Virus record (IMG/VR): IMGVR_UViG_3300005466_000024
Coordinates: 1 to 64,000 of that record
Length of the DNA: 64,000 nucleotides
Direction: 5' to 3' (one strand)
Source: a virus
Positions 1 through 9,492 of the stretch are shown one piece after another (positions within the stretch are counted from its first letter, which is position 1; every line of letters begins with the position of its first letter). The notes below the pieces were generated by a model, which saw only the letters and a program-made list of their open reading frames with translations, searched no databases and was not told where the DNA came from. The position numbers were made by a program, and so were the translations under genes.

Positions 1-348
1 GGTGACCAGGTAGGCGCGCCGCTCCTCTTCCAGGGCGGCCGCCGACAGCACCTTGTTGTCGGCACCTCCCGCACGGTTCATCATGAACACACCACCGAAG
101 CTGCCCAGCATCATGATGGGGAGGAAAAGTCCCATCCCCATCATGGGGCCGCTGCGCATGGCCGGGTTGGAGAACCAGAACCCCATGACGGCCATCACGG
201 CGGCCACCATGATCACCGGGAAGACGACCTGGCCCTTGCTCAGCGGGAGTTTGCGAGGTGCAAGAGGGGGGTCGGGCACGAACGCCTCTCCCCCATCGAA
301 TTTCGGCGGGGTCGCCCGCCGCGCGGCATTGAATCGGATGGTCGACAC
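1..348 (-). CDS. eccC: ESX/type VII secretion FtsK-SpoIIIE ATPase EccC, N-terminal part (runs off window edge)
   Basis: Not in the ORF track; translated by hand from GTG at 348: MSTTIRFNAARRATPPKFDGGEAFVPDPPLAP...two Met/Gly-rich TM helices (VFPVIMVAAVMAVMGFW; MMGMGLFLPIMMLGSFGGVFMM)...ALEEERRAYLVT. This is the typical EccC N-terminus and it starts 1 nt after the eccB stop. Confidence 0.8.
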   Translation of the reverse strand, partial: MSTIRFNAARRATPPKFDGGEAFVPDPPLAPRKLPLSKGQVVFPVIMVAAVMAVMGFWFSNPAMRSGPMMGMGLFLPIMMLGSFGGVFMMNRAGGADNKVLSAAALEEERRAYLVT

Positions 349-349
349 G

Positions 350-1840
350 TCATCCCCCCTTGGTCGTCTTGGTCGGCAGTACCGCGGTGTCCGCGGGACT
401 GTGCAGGGTCAGGGCGGCCTGCTTGGACAGTTCGGGACCGGCGGGCCACACCTGCAGCGCCCACCATGGGGCAGGCCGCACCGTCGAGGCCGTCAACCCC
501 AGGGCTGAGAGGCTGTCGTCGTCGAACGGCACTCCGTAGCGCGCCCCGCTGGGGGCGATGAGCCACATCGCGCCGCGAGCGGGTGAGTCCAGTGCCCCGC
601 CGGTGCTGGTGACGAACGTGGTCGCCTCTGCCCCGACGAGCACCTGGTCGGCCTGTACGCCGCCGCCCCCGCCCACCAGTTTCACCAGGCTGGCCTGCTG
701 GTCGGCGCCGATGGGCAGGCCCCGTCCCGATACCACGGTGAACCGGGCTTGCCGTTCGGTCTGGCTCCACTGCCAGGCCGCGCACGTCACGGGTCGACTG
801 GCCGGGTCGATGAGGTGTACCGGGTTGTGCGGGTAGTGGTCGATGTCGAGGTCGTGACGGGCGGGGATCTTGGCCAGCTGGTCGGGGGCGAGGTACGGCG
901 GCGCGGGCTGGCCGTAGGAGTCGTGTCCGCGCAGCATCGCTGCGGTCACCGGGGACACCTCCTGCACCCCGTCACCGAGGACGACGTAGAAGCGATCGGC
1001 TCCGGCGGCCACGTCGCGACCGGCGAGTACCGCACCGACGGGGACGTGCAGTCCGAATTCGGGCGGTGCGGGCTGACCCGCACCGGGTACGGTCGGCACG
1101 GTCAACGGATGTTCGGCGGGTAGCGCGTCGTACAGCGGTTGCGACATCGGCGGCACTGGGGCACCGGGGCGAATGCCCAGTGCGGTGGTGACCACGCCGT
1201 CGGTGAGGTCCACCGGCATCCGGACGCCGCCGATGACCAGGTAGGTCTGGGGTCCGTGGCCGGAGTCGTAGGCCAGCAGCAGGGCGTCGTCGGTGCCGAG
1301 TTCGCCTGCTGCGGCACTGAAGGTCAGCTGCCCGTCGATGCCGGTCACCTCGGGACCACCCCCGACGGTGGTGGGGGCGGTGTCGCACACCGCCCACCGG
1401 GATACCTGCGGCGACAACGTGGCGGGGGCCTCGATGGGTGCGCCGATGATGCCCACTGGCTCGCCCTTGGGCCATTTGGCGATCTCGCCGGGCGAGACGA
1501 AGGTGGGGGTGTCGGGGGAGCCTGCGATCAGCCGTGCGGACACCAGGTTCAGCGCTGGGTGCAGCCGGTGGTCGATGACGATGTAGAGGGCACCGGTGCT
1601 GCGGTCGGCGATGATCTTCGAGGAGTCCCCGATCACGCCGGCGGGCCGGAACCATCCGTAGACGAGCGCCCCGACCAGGGTCACGACGCCCAGCACCACC
1701 GACACCAGCAACATGGTGCGGTGCCAGTAGCTCGGGTTGGGGTCCATGCGCACGGATCGACGCAGGAACGCGAATGCGAGACGGCGACGCACGAACCAAT
1801 GCCCGGAAACCTGCGTCTTACTCGCCAAACGGAATGGCAC
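350..1840 (-). CDS. eccB: Type VII secretion membrane protein EccB (ESX-2/ESX-P-like)
   Basis: 496 aa; N-term SKTQVSGHWFVRRRL...RSVRM, single TM, then RPAG-IGDS-IIADRSTGALY-IDHRLHPALNLVSARL...GIIGAP...WAVCDT, closely following the EccB2 pattern; C-term APWWALQVWPAGPELSKQAAL. Confidence 0.93.
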   Translation of the reverse strand: MPFRLASKTQVSGHWFVRRRLAFAFLRRSVRMDPNPSYWHRTMLLVSVVLGVVTLVGALVYGWFRPAGVIGDSSKIIADRSTGALYIVIDHRLHPALNLVSARLIAGSPDTPTFVSPGEIAKWPKGEPVGIIGAPIEAPATLSPQVSRWAVCDTAPTTVGGGPEVTGIDGQLTFSAAAGELGTDDALLLAYDSGHGPQTYLVIGGVRMPVDLTDGVVTTALGIRPGAPVPPMSQPLYDALPAEHPLTVPTVPGAGQPAPPEFGLHVPVGAVLAGRDVAAGADRFYVVLGDGVQEVSPVTAAMLRGHDSYGQPAPPYLAPDQLAKIPARHDLDIDHYPHNPVHLIDPASRPVTCAAWQWSQTERQARFTVVSGRGLPIGADQQASLVKLVGGGGGVQADQVLVGAEATTFVTSTGGALDSPARGAMWLIAPSGARYGVPFDDDSLSALGLTASTVRPAPWWALQVWPAGPELSKQAALTLHSPADTAVLPTKTTKGG

Positions 1841-1896
1841 GGTCCGACGGTACCCCTTGTCGCTGTAGGACCGCTATCTGACTCGCCGAAACTACC

Positions 1897-2328
1897 CTAA
1901 CGGTGTCTCGAGTGGTCGGTCCCGAGACGGCTCTGGTCACCTGGGCACCACTTTCCGTGGATCTCCTCGTCCGTCGGATGCCAATGTGGGTCCATCGCCG
2001 CCTTGAGTAGGGTGAGGAAGACACTGGCCGTCATCACCACATACTGGTCACCAGGTTGTCTCTTGCCCCTACGCTTGACCACCGCGATCCCGGCCAACGA
2101 GGCGTCGTTGACCGATTCCTTCTCGGCCTCACGAATCGCCTCGGCCAGGTCATAGCTCTTGAGGTTCTTGCACTCGATGGTCAGCGCGTGGCCGTGAATG
2201 TGAAAGTTGCCGATGTCACCACGGTCGCGCACGCCAGTCTTCACCCGGCGATCGATGAGGTGGGACCACTGATCCTTGAACCAGTCGGCCATTACCCGTT
2301 CGAAATCTGGACCCTTCCTATTGGTCAT
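1897..2328 (-). CDS. Holliday junction resolvase, Hjc/PD-(D/E)XK type
   Basis: Probable start ATG 2328 (ATGA overlap with upstream stop); 143 aa, NRKGPDFER...DRGDI...TIECKN...GIAVVKRRG motif set. Confidence 0.75.
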   Translation of the reverse strand: MTNRKGPDFERVMADWFKDQWSHLIDRRVKTGVRDRGDIGNFHIHGHALTIECKNLKSYDLAEAIREAEKESVNDASLAGIAVVKRRGKRQPGDQYVVMTASVFLTLLKAAMDPHWHPTDEEIHGKWCPGDQSRLGTDHSRHR

Positions 2329-3365
2329 GAACCGACCTCTGGACGCAGCCAGCACTGGAACCGCGCGGGACACCGATTCATGGTGATCGAATCGGGTGAG
2401 CAGCAGTGTCTGGGCGGGGTGTCCCTGGCGATGCAGTCCATGACGTAATCGAATTTGGCGTAGGTTTCCTCGACCAGTGCGGTGTTCACCGGCTGATAGA
2501 ACTCCTTGAATTCGAACGGCATCCCCATACAGAACAACAGCAACACATAGTGGTCCTTGCCGTAGTTCACGGCCGCCAGGGATCCCTGGGCGTCCCACTC
2601 CGGTTTGACTTCGTTCTGGGTACGGAAGTTGTACGGGTTCTGGCCCTTCATCTCCACCACGAGTTGCCCAACCGTAGGGTGGTCGACGATGAAGTCGATG
2701 CGGCCCCGGATCTTGTGGATCTCATCGACGTAGGACCATTCGATGTTCTCCGGGCGCACTATCTTGGCCATCTCCATCTTGGTCTGCACGATCGCGTGCG
2801 CCGCCACGTGCATACTCAGCAGCATGTGGTCCTTGGCCAGCCGCCGTTCGGGCACCATCAAATCCCGGGTGGCGGGGTGCATGCGGTAGTACAGCTCTCG
2901 TGCCCCCATCAGGGGGTGCACCGACGGGTGGAAGTACCCAGGCCGTGGTGTGTGCTTCTTCGTGTTGACCCGGATGATGTATTCGTCCGGCCACTCGTCG
3001 GCGGTCAGTTCGTTTTCCAACATCGGCACGATCAGCTCGCGCCGTTCCATCCTCTTGAGGACGTTGCCCCAGGGTCCAGCCTCGACTGCGGTCACTGCGG
3101 TCCTCCTCGCCTCGATCGGCACAGCCCTCTCGCGCATGTGTCGCGCATGGGTTTTGAAGCTGCCGGGAACACCCGGCCACGTCCCCGCGTCCTCTGGGTC
3201 GGGCAGCTCGGGATGGGCCAGGGCCCACTCGTACAGGTCGACCAGCAGCATGCCTGCACCCTGGCTGCGGACGGTCCAGCTGCAGCAGCGCTGGCCACTC
3301 GTCACCGTCCAGCCGCTGCCACTGGGGACGACGGCCCATTTGCGGGTATGGATGGCGTTGCTCAC
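2325..3365 (-). CDS. Cas4-like PD-(D/E)XK exonuclease (phage type)
   Basis: HPSVHP...RGRIDFIVD...VVEMKG...Q motif and C-terminal Cys cluster HCCSPDSITMNRCPARFQCW; next to RecA. Confidence 0.7.
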   Translation of the reverse strand: MSNAIHTRKWAVVPSGSGWTVTSGQRCCSWTVRSQGAGMLLVDLYEWALAHPELPDPEDAGTWPGVPGSFKTHARHMRERAVPIEARRTAVTAVEAGPWGNVLKRMERRELIVPMLENELTADEWPDEYIIRVNTKKHTPRPGYFHPSVHPLMGARELYYRMHPATRDLMVPERRLAKDHMLLSMHVAAHAIVQTKMEMAKIVRPENIEWSYVDEIHKIRGRIDFIVDHPTVGQLVVEMKGQNPYNFRTQNEVKPEWDAQGSLAAVNYGKDHYVLLLFCMGMPFEFKEFYQPVNTALVEETYAKFDYVMDCIARDTPPRHCCSPDSITMNRCPARFQCWLRPEVGS

Positions 3366-3715
3366 GGTGCGTCTTTCGCCCGTTGCACGATCTCCACGAA
3401 GTCATCCAACAGCAGGACTACGACATCCAGCGGCGACTCGCCGGACGGTTCCAGCCGAATCGGCATGACGAACCGCCGACCCGTGCCGGCCGCGGTGCGG
3501 GCCCACTGCCGCAGCAGCTTGGCTTGCAGTGGGAACGAGCCGTGCGTCGTGTGCTTGCACTCGGCCTGCAGCGGGAACCGGTTGTCGATGAGGTCGTTGT
3601 CGACGCAGTCACCGGGGGAGTGCCAGCGCGCCCCGGAGTTGGGGGTGGCGTCCAGGCCCAGGAGGGCCTGGACATCCTGCTCGAAGCGCTTCCAGGCCGC
3701 GATCCCGCCCTTCAC
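3362..3715 (-). CDS. Second Hjc-like PD-(D/E)XK resolvase/nuclease
   Basis: 117 aa; AWKRFEQDV...TPNSGA...PGD...LQAECKHT pattern; coupled to recA by overlap. Confidence 0.6.
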   Translation of the reverse strand: MKGGIAAWKRFEQDVQALLGLDATPNSGARWHSPGDCVDNDLIDNRFPLQAECKHTTHGSFPLQAKLLRQWARTAAGTGRRFVMPIRLEPSGESPLDVVVLLLDDFVEIVQRAKDAP

Positions 3716-4869
3716 GGGAGGGAGAGTTCTTCCATCGCGCGCTGCAGGACGTTGGGCCCGAACGGTGACCCATCGAGGTCGGTGACTGCATCGTCGGTGA
3801 CCGGGGCGATTACCGACATCGCCCGTTCGGTACGCAGCACCGCCGAGATCTCCTCGAAGAGGGCGCGATACACGACGGGATCGCTCCTGACCACCTCGAC
3901 GAGCCGATCCTTGCCCTGAACCTTGTGCTCGCCCTTCTTGTCGGGGCCGGGCAGGGCGCGGTGGTGATACCAGCCGCCACTGAACTTGATGACCTCGACA
4001 ATGATGCCCAGCCGCACGATTTCCTCGAGCTGGTCGATCCCGAACCCGTACTGTTCGGTCGCCACGGTGTACATCCGCCAGAAGGCCTCCCGGCCTTCGA
4101 TGCCCCCGACCTGATTCTTGACGACCCGGCCCACGACTTCGGTGCCGACTTCGACGGTTTCACCGTCGACCTTGGCCTGGAACTTCGCGGGCCGCTCCCT
4201 GATGAGAATGCGCAACGAGCAATGGTGCCGCCAGGCGTTGCCGCCCACGGTCACATAGCGGTGGTATCCGTCCTGATCGACCCGCAGTTGGTTGATCCCC
4301 ATCGTGCAGCACTCGTACCGGTTGGAATGATTGCCGGCCACGCGGGCGAACTCGCTGATCAGCCTCGCCGCGTCACGACCACCACCGGACACCTCGGCAC
4401 TGCGTTCGGTGACCCGTTTGGGGATGCCACCCGCAATCGAGTCGTACAGAACGAAGCAAACGTGCCCGGAACTTACGAACTCCCGGTAGGTGTCCGTGGC
4501 TTTTTCGATATCGGCCGGATAGTGCGGGATGAATCGCTCCATGCGCTCGGGCCCGAGGAGCTGCTCGACGCGGTCCATGGGGGTCTTGCCCTCCGTGTCG
4601 ATGTACAGGCCGTAACGGTCGGGATAGGCGTCCAGGAAGTTGCGCATCGCAGTCAGGGCCAGGGTCGTCTTGCCCGCGGATTCCGAACCGAACAACTCGA
4701 CCACCCGGTCGGCGGGTAGGCCGCCGCCGCCGATGGCCAGGTCCAGCGCGAGGGATCCCGAGGAGACGCGCGGGCGCTTCGGAACCTCGGCGGCGGTCAT
4801 GATGGATCCGGGGCCCTGCGCTTTCTGCACGGCCGCGATCAGCTTCGCCACGTCCTTGTTGGCCATCAC
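3712..4869 (-). CDS. recA: RecA-like recombinase
   Basis: [36 protein letters not shown] (Walker A), YDSIA (Walker B), [24 protein letters not shown]. Start at GTG 4869 or ATG 4866, overlapping the dnaE stop. Confidence 0.93.
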   Translation of the reverse strand: [385 protein letters not shown]

Positions 4870-7800
4870 ACTTTCCTTTTCGATGCCAGGTTGTCCAGGC
4901 GGACCAGCTCCACTAGCCGTGCCCCTCGCCCGTCCTTGCGGCACTCACACGCCACGGGCGCACCGAGGCTGATCATGCCCTTGACCTGGGTCCACTCGCG
5001 GGGGAAGGCGGTGAACTCGAAGTCCGATTCGGCAAACCTTACCGTCACGAACGCCATTTCCTGGCCAGCCTGGAACCCACTCTTGATGGCGTGTCGCGTC
5101 ACCTTGGTCACCTGCCCGGCGATGGTCAACCGGGCCCCGGTGTCGGCGTCATCGATGTCGGCGGGGTCGTAGATCACCTCTCCCTCGAGCAAGGACAGGT
5201 AGGACTCCAGCGGGTCCACTGTGATGTGCCGACCACACAGCTCCTGTTCGATCCCGTAGATGACGGCGGGGTCGGTGAAATCGGGTATCTCGATGTGGCT
5301 CCCCGGCATCGCCAGGCGTCGCTCCACGATCGCCGCCAGTTTCTCGGGATTGGTGCGGGTGCTCTCGGCGAGATCCCGGGTGACCATGTGGTACTCGTAC
5401 TGGCGCAACAGTTCGGCCCGGTCACCGAGGGAATCCAGTGCCCCCACCTTGATGAGGTTGACGATCACGGTCTTGTTGGCACCCTTGCCCGCAGTCGCCA
5501 GGTAGTCCTGCAGGGACCGGTAGGGGCGCCCCGCGACGATGTCGCGGGCGCTCGCCGCGGCGATGCCGCGCAACGCATCGAGTCCGTAGCGGATGGAGTC
5601 GTCGGTGATGGTGAACTTCTGTCCAGACAGGTTCACGTCGGGCGGCAGTACGGCCAGACCCATTCGCCGCGCCTCGCGAATGTACTCGGGGGTGTTGGCG
5701 GGATCGCTGACGAGCAACCCCATCACGAATTCTGCGGCATAGTGGTGCTTGGGCCAGATCTCCCAGTACCCGGTCATCGCATAGCCGGTGGCGTGTGCGT
5801 GGCCGAACGCGTAGCGTCCACTGGCTTCGATCGATGTCCAGATCTTCTCGATGACCTTCAGCGCCGCATCGCGTTGGAAGTCGCCGCCATCGGGTGGGCC
5901 ACCGAAGAGTGCAGTGAACTCGGTGTTGGCCAGACAGCCCGCGGCGAACTCCTCCCACATCGCCTTGATCTTGTCCATGTACTTCTTGCCCAGCGCCTTG
6001 CGCAGGTCGTCGGCCTCGTCGGCGGAGAATCCGGCCAGGTCACGGGAGGCCCGCATCATTTGTTCCTGATAGACCAGCACACCGTGGGTGTCGGCGGTGA
6101 TCGGCTCCATCAGCGGATGGTCGTAGGTGGTGGATTCCACGCCGGCCCGACGCCGCAGGAACCTTTCGGTCAGTCCCGCGTCCTTGACGCCGGGCCGGAT
6201 GATGCTGATCAGCAGCGCCAGGTCCTCGATGCTGGTGGGCTTGAGTTCGATGGCGGTGCGGGTGGTCCCCGCAGTCAGCTGGAAGATGCCGGTGGTGCGC
6301 CCGCGATGGATCTGGGGCCACACCGCCGGGTCGTGTTCGGGTAATGCCTCCCAGTCGATGTCGACTCCGTGTCGTTCCCGGATCAGGCGTTTCGTTACCT
6401 CGAGAGTGTCGAGGTTGCGCAGGCCGAGCAGGTCGAACTTCACCCCACCCAGCTCTTCGACCTCGAGCATGTCGAACTGGGTGGTGACGACCTCTTTCGC
6501 GGTTCCGTGGTGACGGGTGCGCATTGGGATCCGTCCCAGCAACGGATCCTTGTTCATCAACACCCCGGAGGGGTGCTTGCCGGACTGGCGGGCGATACCC
6601 ACCAGGAGGCCCAGCAGGCGGAACAGTTCGGCGTGTTTGTGCGCCCATGGGGCCAGATCGCCGCCCTTCTCCTGCAGGATCTCGTCCCACCGGACCTCGT
6701 CGCCCTTGTCGCCGGCATGCTCGCCGCGCGCCTCCATGGCACTGGCGGCCAACTTGGTGGCCTTGTCGATGATCTTGCTCATCGCTTCGACGTCCGCTTG
6801 TGGCACCTTCTGGCGCCCCATCGCACGGGCCAGGTCGCGCAACATGGCCTTGGGGGCGTTGCGGGTGATGGTGCCGATGGTGCAGACGTGGTCGTGGCCC
6901 CAGCGCGCTCCCAGGTACTTCACCATGTCACCCAGCCTCGACTGGGGGAAGTCGATGTCGATGTCGGGTGGGCTCTTCCGGGCGGGGGTCAGGAACCGCT
7001 CGAACAGCAGGCCATAACGGATCGGGTCGATGGCGGTGATACCGAGCAGCCAGGTCACCAGGGAACCACCTGCCGACCCGCGGCCGGGGCCGACCCCGAT
7101 CGGCTCTTTGTGTGGCCCCTTGACGTACTGTGCCCAGCTGCCGGTTTTGGCGGCCCTCACCATGTCTTCATCGACACAGAAGTAGCCGCAGTTATGGACC
7201 CGAATTCCCTCGGCGACATACGTCGGATCACCATCAACCGACAAGTTGTAAACCAACCCGCTGTAGTGACGACTCGTCACACCTTTGACCCGCACCCACC
7301 ACCTGTCACCATCACGACGGGCACCATATGGAGCCTTCTTGCGCTCTTCCTGCCAACAAACCCGATACTTCTGCCGATCCAGCCAACGGTAGGAGATTTC
7401 CGTCGCCCATATCCCCGTGCGCAGAAGAATCTGTCGTAACTGAAACGCCAGTACCGGATTGCAGGTGTCGACGATCTTCCTGCCGTTCGCTTTCGTTGTG
7501 CCGTCCCCGTCGAACCACCCATCGACAAACGCCCGCAACGACTCCGATGACAACGACATCAGCCATGGGCTGAGTCGTTTCTCGTAGACCCCCGTCCCAA
7601 CCACCTCTGACAGGAATAACGCCAACGGATGGTTTGTGACTATGTGCAGCAAGCCCTTGTGGTTTGGGGCTCCCGCCCATGTCTTAGCGTATGTACGCAG
7701 CTCGCCCATCCCCAATTCCCGCAGACAGGAGGCTAGTCGATCACGAATCGCCATTTCGTCACGATGAAGGGTCCACCCCACCTGACCTGGACATGTCGAT

Positions 7801-9428
7801 GAATCGGGGTCATACAGATGACCCTCTGCCACCCACAGACCGACCACGTACATGAGTGCTGGGGACGGCATCAATTTGTCGGGTGCCCAACCCTTGGATC
7901 GACGCGCGCTTTTCCACCGACCGAGGACCACCTTGGTGAACCCCTCGCCTGATGGCGATACCCACCATCCCCGATCTAACGCCAATCCGAGCAAATCGAA
8001 CGGGCTGTCGACGCCCTCAGGCGCATCAACAGCCACCTCATCGCCGCGCCTAAACCTCCCCAGTTCCTGCCATCCACTAGGAGTCAGGACAGGATGTTCT
8101 TTGGTGCCAGACAGTTTGCGATACGAACCTGCGACAGCTATTTCCGCCAACTGCTCCTCTACGGGCCTGCTGGACACTCGCGCAACTCGCTGCTGTCCCG
8201 CCCTGGTCTCCACGTAGTCACCCGGCCGGATCGTCCCTATCGCCCGCAGTCCCTGCGCTGTGCTGACCTGCGTGCCCGGTGGAAAACAGAAACCCTTGTC
8301 GATGATGAGCTGGCATTCGCTCTCCGCGCGCTGTAGGTAGCGTTCCTGATCGAGGCCACCATCGATCACCTTGCGTTTGAATCCTTCGGTGACGAGGTCG
8401 AGGAATTTCTCGATGTCGTCGTGGTCGTTGCCGGTGAAGCTGGGCATTCCCAGGGTGGGCCGGATTTCGGCCACGCAGGTCTGCGCGATCTGCCACGACA
8501 TGTCTATCGCCCGTTCCACGTGCGGGGCGTCGATGCCGTGCCGGCCCATCCAGTAGTAGAGCTCCTGGTCGCCCATCAGGTGGTCGGCCTTCTGGCCCTC
8601 GGGCAGCTGGTCACCCTTGTTGCCGGTGTTGATCCGCCACACCATGTCCTTGAGTTCCCACTCCTCCGGACGGGTGTGGTGGGCGTCGTTGACGACGACC
8701 TGCGGGATCCCCAGCTCGGTCGCCAACCGCAGCTTGGCCCGATTGAACTCGGATGCCAGCGCATTGGCTTGTGCGGTGCACATTTTGGTGTCGAGGAACT
8801 TGATCTCGTCGTCGGTGCGGGGGTTCATGAACTGCCAGGTGTGCAACTCGGAGAAAAACCGGTCACCGAACACGGCCAACAGCCGCCCGTAGATCTGGCG
8901 GGCCTCCTCCTCATCGCCGCGCACCAGGATCGCTCGCGCCAATTCCGTGAGCAAGCACCCGTCCGAAGCCCACAGGCCGTCGCGATAGTGCCGTAGCAGC
9001 TCGAGGTCGGCCAGTGGCTTCTTGTGGAAGTACTTGCGCTGGTAGGCCACCGACGACAGCGCCCACAGGTTGGCCAGTCCTTGCTGGGATGCGGCGATCA
9101 ACGTGATGTGGGAATTGGGGACTTCCTTTTTCTGCGCAATGTCATCGACGTAATATCCTTCCATCCCGAATATCGGGTGGACACCCTCGGCAATACAGGC
9201 TTTCTGGAATGCATAGTGTTGATTGCACTCACCGTGGTCGGACAAACCAATGGCCGCTTGCCCCAATTCCCGGGCACGCTTGGCGATCGAGGTGACGGGG
9301 GAGTACCCGTCCAGAAAGCTGCCCTCACTATGCACGTGATAGTTGACGAAATGGCTGGCCAGGGAAGCTTCTTCGCGCCTGCGCAGTTCCAGCGCAGCAT
9401 TGAAGTCGATGATTCTGGCATCGCCCAT
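4866..9428 (-). CDS. dnaE: DNA polymerase III alpha subunit (DnaE) containing an intein
   Basis: PHP motifs HVHSEGSFLDG, SDHG, NDAHH; GPGRGSAGGS, FERFL, PDIDIDF catalytic motif, KFDLLGL, C-terminal OB fold (MAFVTV). Confidence 0.95.
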   Translation of the reverse strand: MGDARIIDFNAALELRRREEASLASHFVNYHVHSEGSFLDGYSPVTSIAKRARELGQAAIGLSDHGECNQHYAFQKACIAEGVHPIFGMEGYYVDDIAQKKEVPNSHITLIAASQQGLANLWALSSVAYQRKYFHKKPLADLELLRHYRDGLWASDGCLLTELARAILVRGDEEEARQIYGRLLAVFGDRFFSELHTWQFMNPRTDDEIKFLDTKMCTAQANALASEFNRAKLRLATELGIPQVVVNDAHHTRPEEWELKDMVWRINTGNKGDQLPEGQKADHLMGDQELYYWMGRHGIDAPHVERAIDMSWQIAQTCVAEIRPTLGMPSFTGNDHDDIEKFLDLVTEGFKRKVIDGGLDQERYLQRAESECQLIIDKGFCFPPGTQVSTAQGLRAIGTIRPGDYVETRAGQQRVARVSSRPVEEQLAEIAVAGSYRKLSGTKEHPVLTPSGWQELGRFRRGDEVAVDAPEGVDSPFDLLGLALDRGWWVSPSGEGFTKVVLGRWKSARRSKGWAPDKLMPSPALMYVVGLWVAEGHLYDPDSSTCPGQVGWTLHRDEMAIRDRLASCLRELGMGELRTYAKTWAGAPNHKGLLHIVTNHPLALFLSEVVGTGVYEKRLSPWLMSLSSESLRAFVDGWFDGDGTTKANGRKIVDTCNPVLAFQLRQILLRTGIWATEISYRWLDRQKYRVCWQEERKKAPYGARRDGDRWWVRVKGVTSRHYSGLVYNLSVDGDPTYVAEGIRVHNCGYFCVDEDMVRAAKTGSWAQYVKGPHKEPIGVGPGRGSAGGSLVTWLLGITAIDPIRYGLLFERFLTPARKSPPDIDIDFPQSRLGDMVKYLGARWGHDHVCTIGTITRNAPKAMLRDLARAMGRQKVPQADVEAMSKIIDKATKLAASAMEARGEHAGDKGDEVRWDEILQEKGGDLAPWAHKHAELFRLLGLLVGIARQSGKHPSGVLMNKDPLLGRIPMRTRHHGTAKEVVTTQFDMLEVEELGGVKFDLLGLRNLDTLEVTKRLIRERHGVDIDWEALPEHDPAVWPQIHRGRTTGIFQLTAGTTRTAIELKPTSIEDLALLISIIRPGVKDAGLTERFLRRRAGVESTTYDHPLMEPITADTHGVLVYQEQMMRASRDLAGFSADEADDLRKALGKKYMDKIKAMWEEFAAGCLANTEFTALFGGPPDGGDFQRDAALKVIEKIWTSIEASGRYAFGHAHATGYAMTGYWEIWPKHHYAAEFVMGLLVSDPANTPEYIREARRMGLAVLPPDVNLSGQKFTITDDSIRYGLDALRGIAAASARDIVAGRPYRSLQDYLATAGKGANKTVIVNLIKVGALDSLGDRAELLRQYEYHMVTRDLAESTRTNPEKLAAIVERRLAMPGSHIEIPDFTDPAVIYGIEQELCGRHITVDPLESYLSLLEGEVIYDPADIDDADTGARLTIAGQVTKVTRHAIKSGFQAGQEMAFVTVRFAESDFEFTAFPREWTQVKGMISLGAPVACECRKDGRGARLVELVRLDNLASKRKV
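7191..8288 (-). mobile_element. Intein with LAGLIDADG homing endonuclease (366 aa) in DnaE
   Basis: Starts CFPPGTQV, ends VYNLSVDGDPTYVAEGIRVHN followed by extein Cys; LAGLIDADG blocks YVVGLWVAEGH and FVDGWFDGDG; one hand-counted 60-mer is 55% GC, below flanks. Confidence 0.93.
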
Positions 9429-9455
9429 GCGGCATCAAACCTTCGGTCCAAATCC

Positions 9456-9492
9456 GATTCCGGGGCCAAACATCCCACTTGGCCCCGGAATC
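9456..9492. promoter_or_regulatory. Perfect 14-bp inverted repeat upstream of dnaE
   Basis: GATTCCGGGGCCAA (9456-9469), 9-nt loop, TTGGCCCCGGAATC (9479-9492); no U-tract. Confidence 0.6.

Noticed and set aside
1841-1896. Attachment site or prophage boundary between eccB and the resolvase
   Set aside because: No tRNA end, no direct repeat I could match elsewhere and no integrase in the window; a partner site outside the window cannot be excluded.
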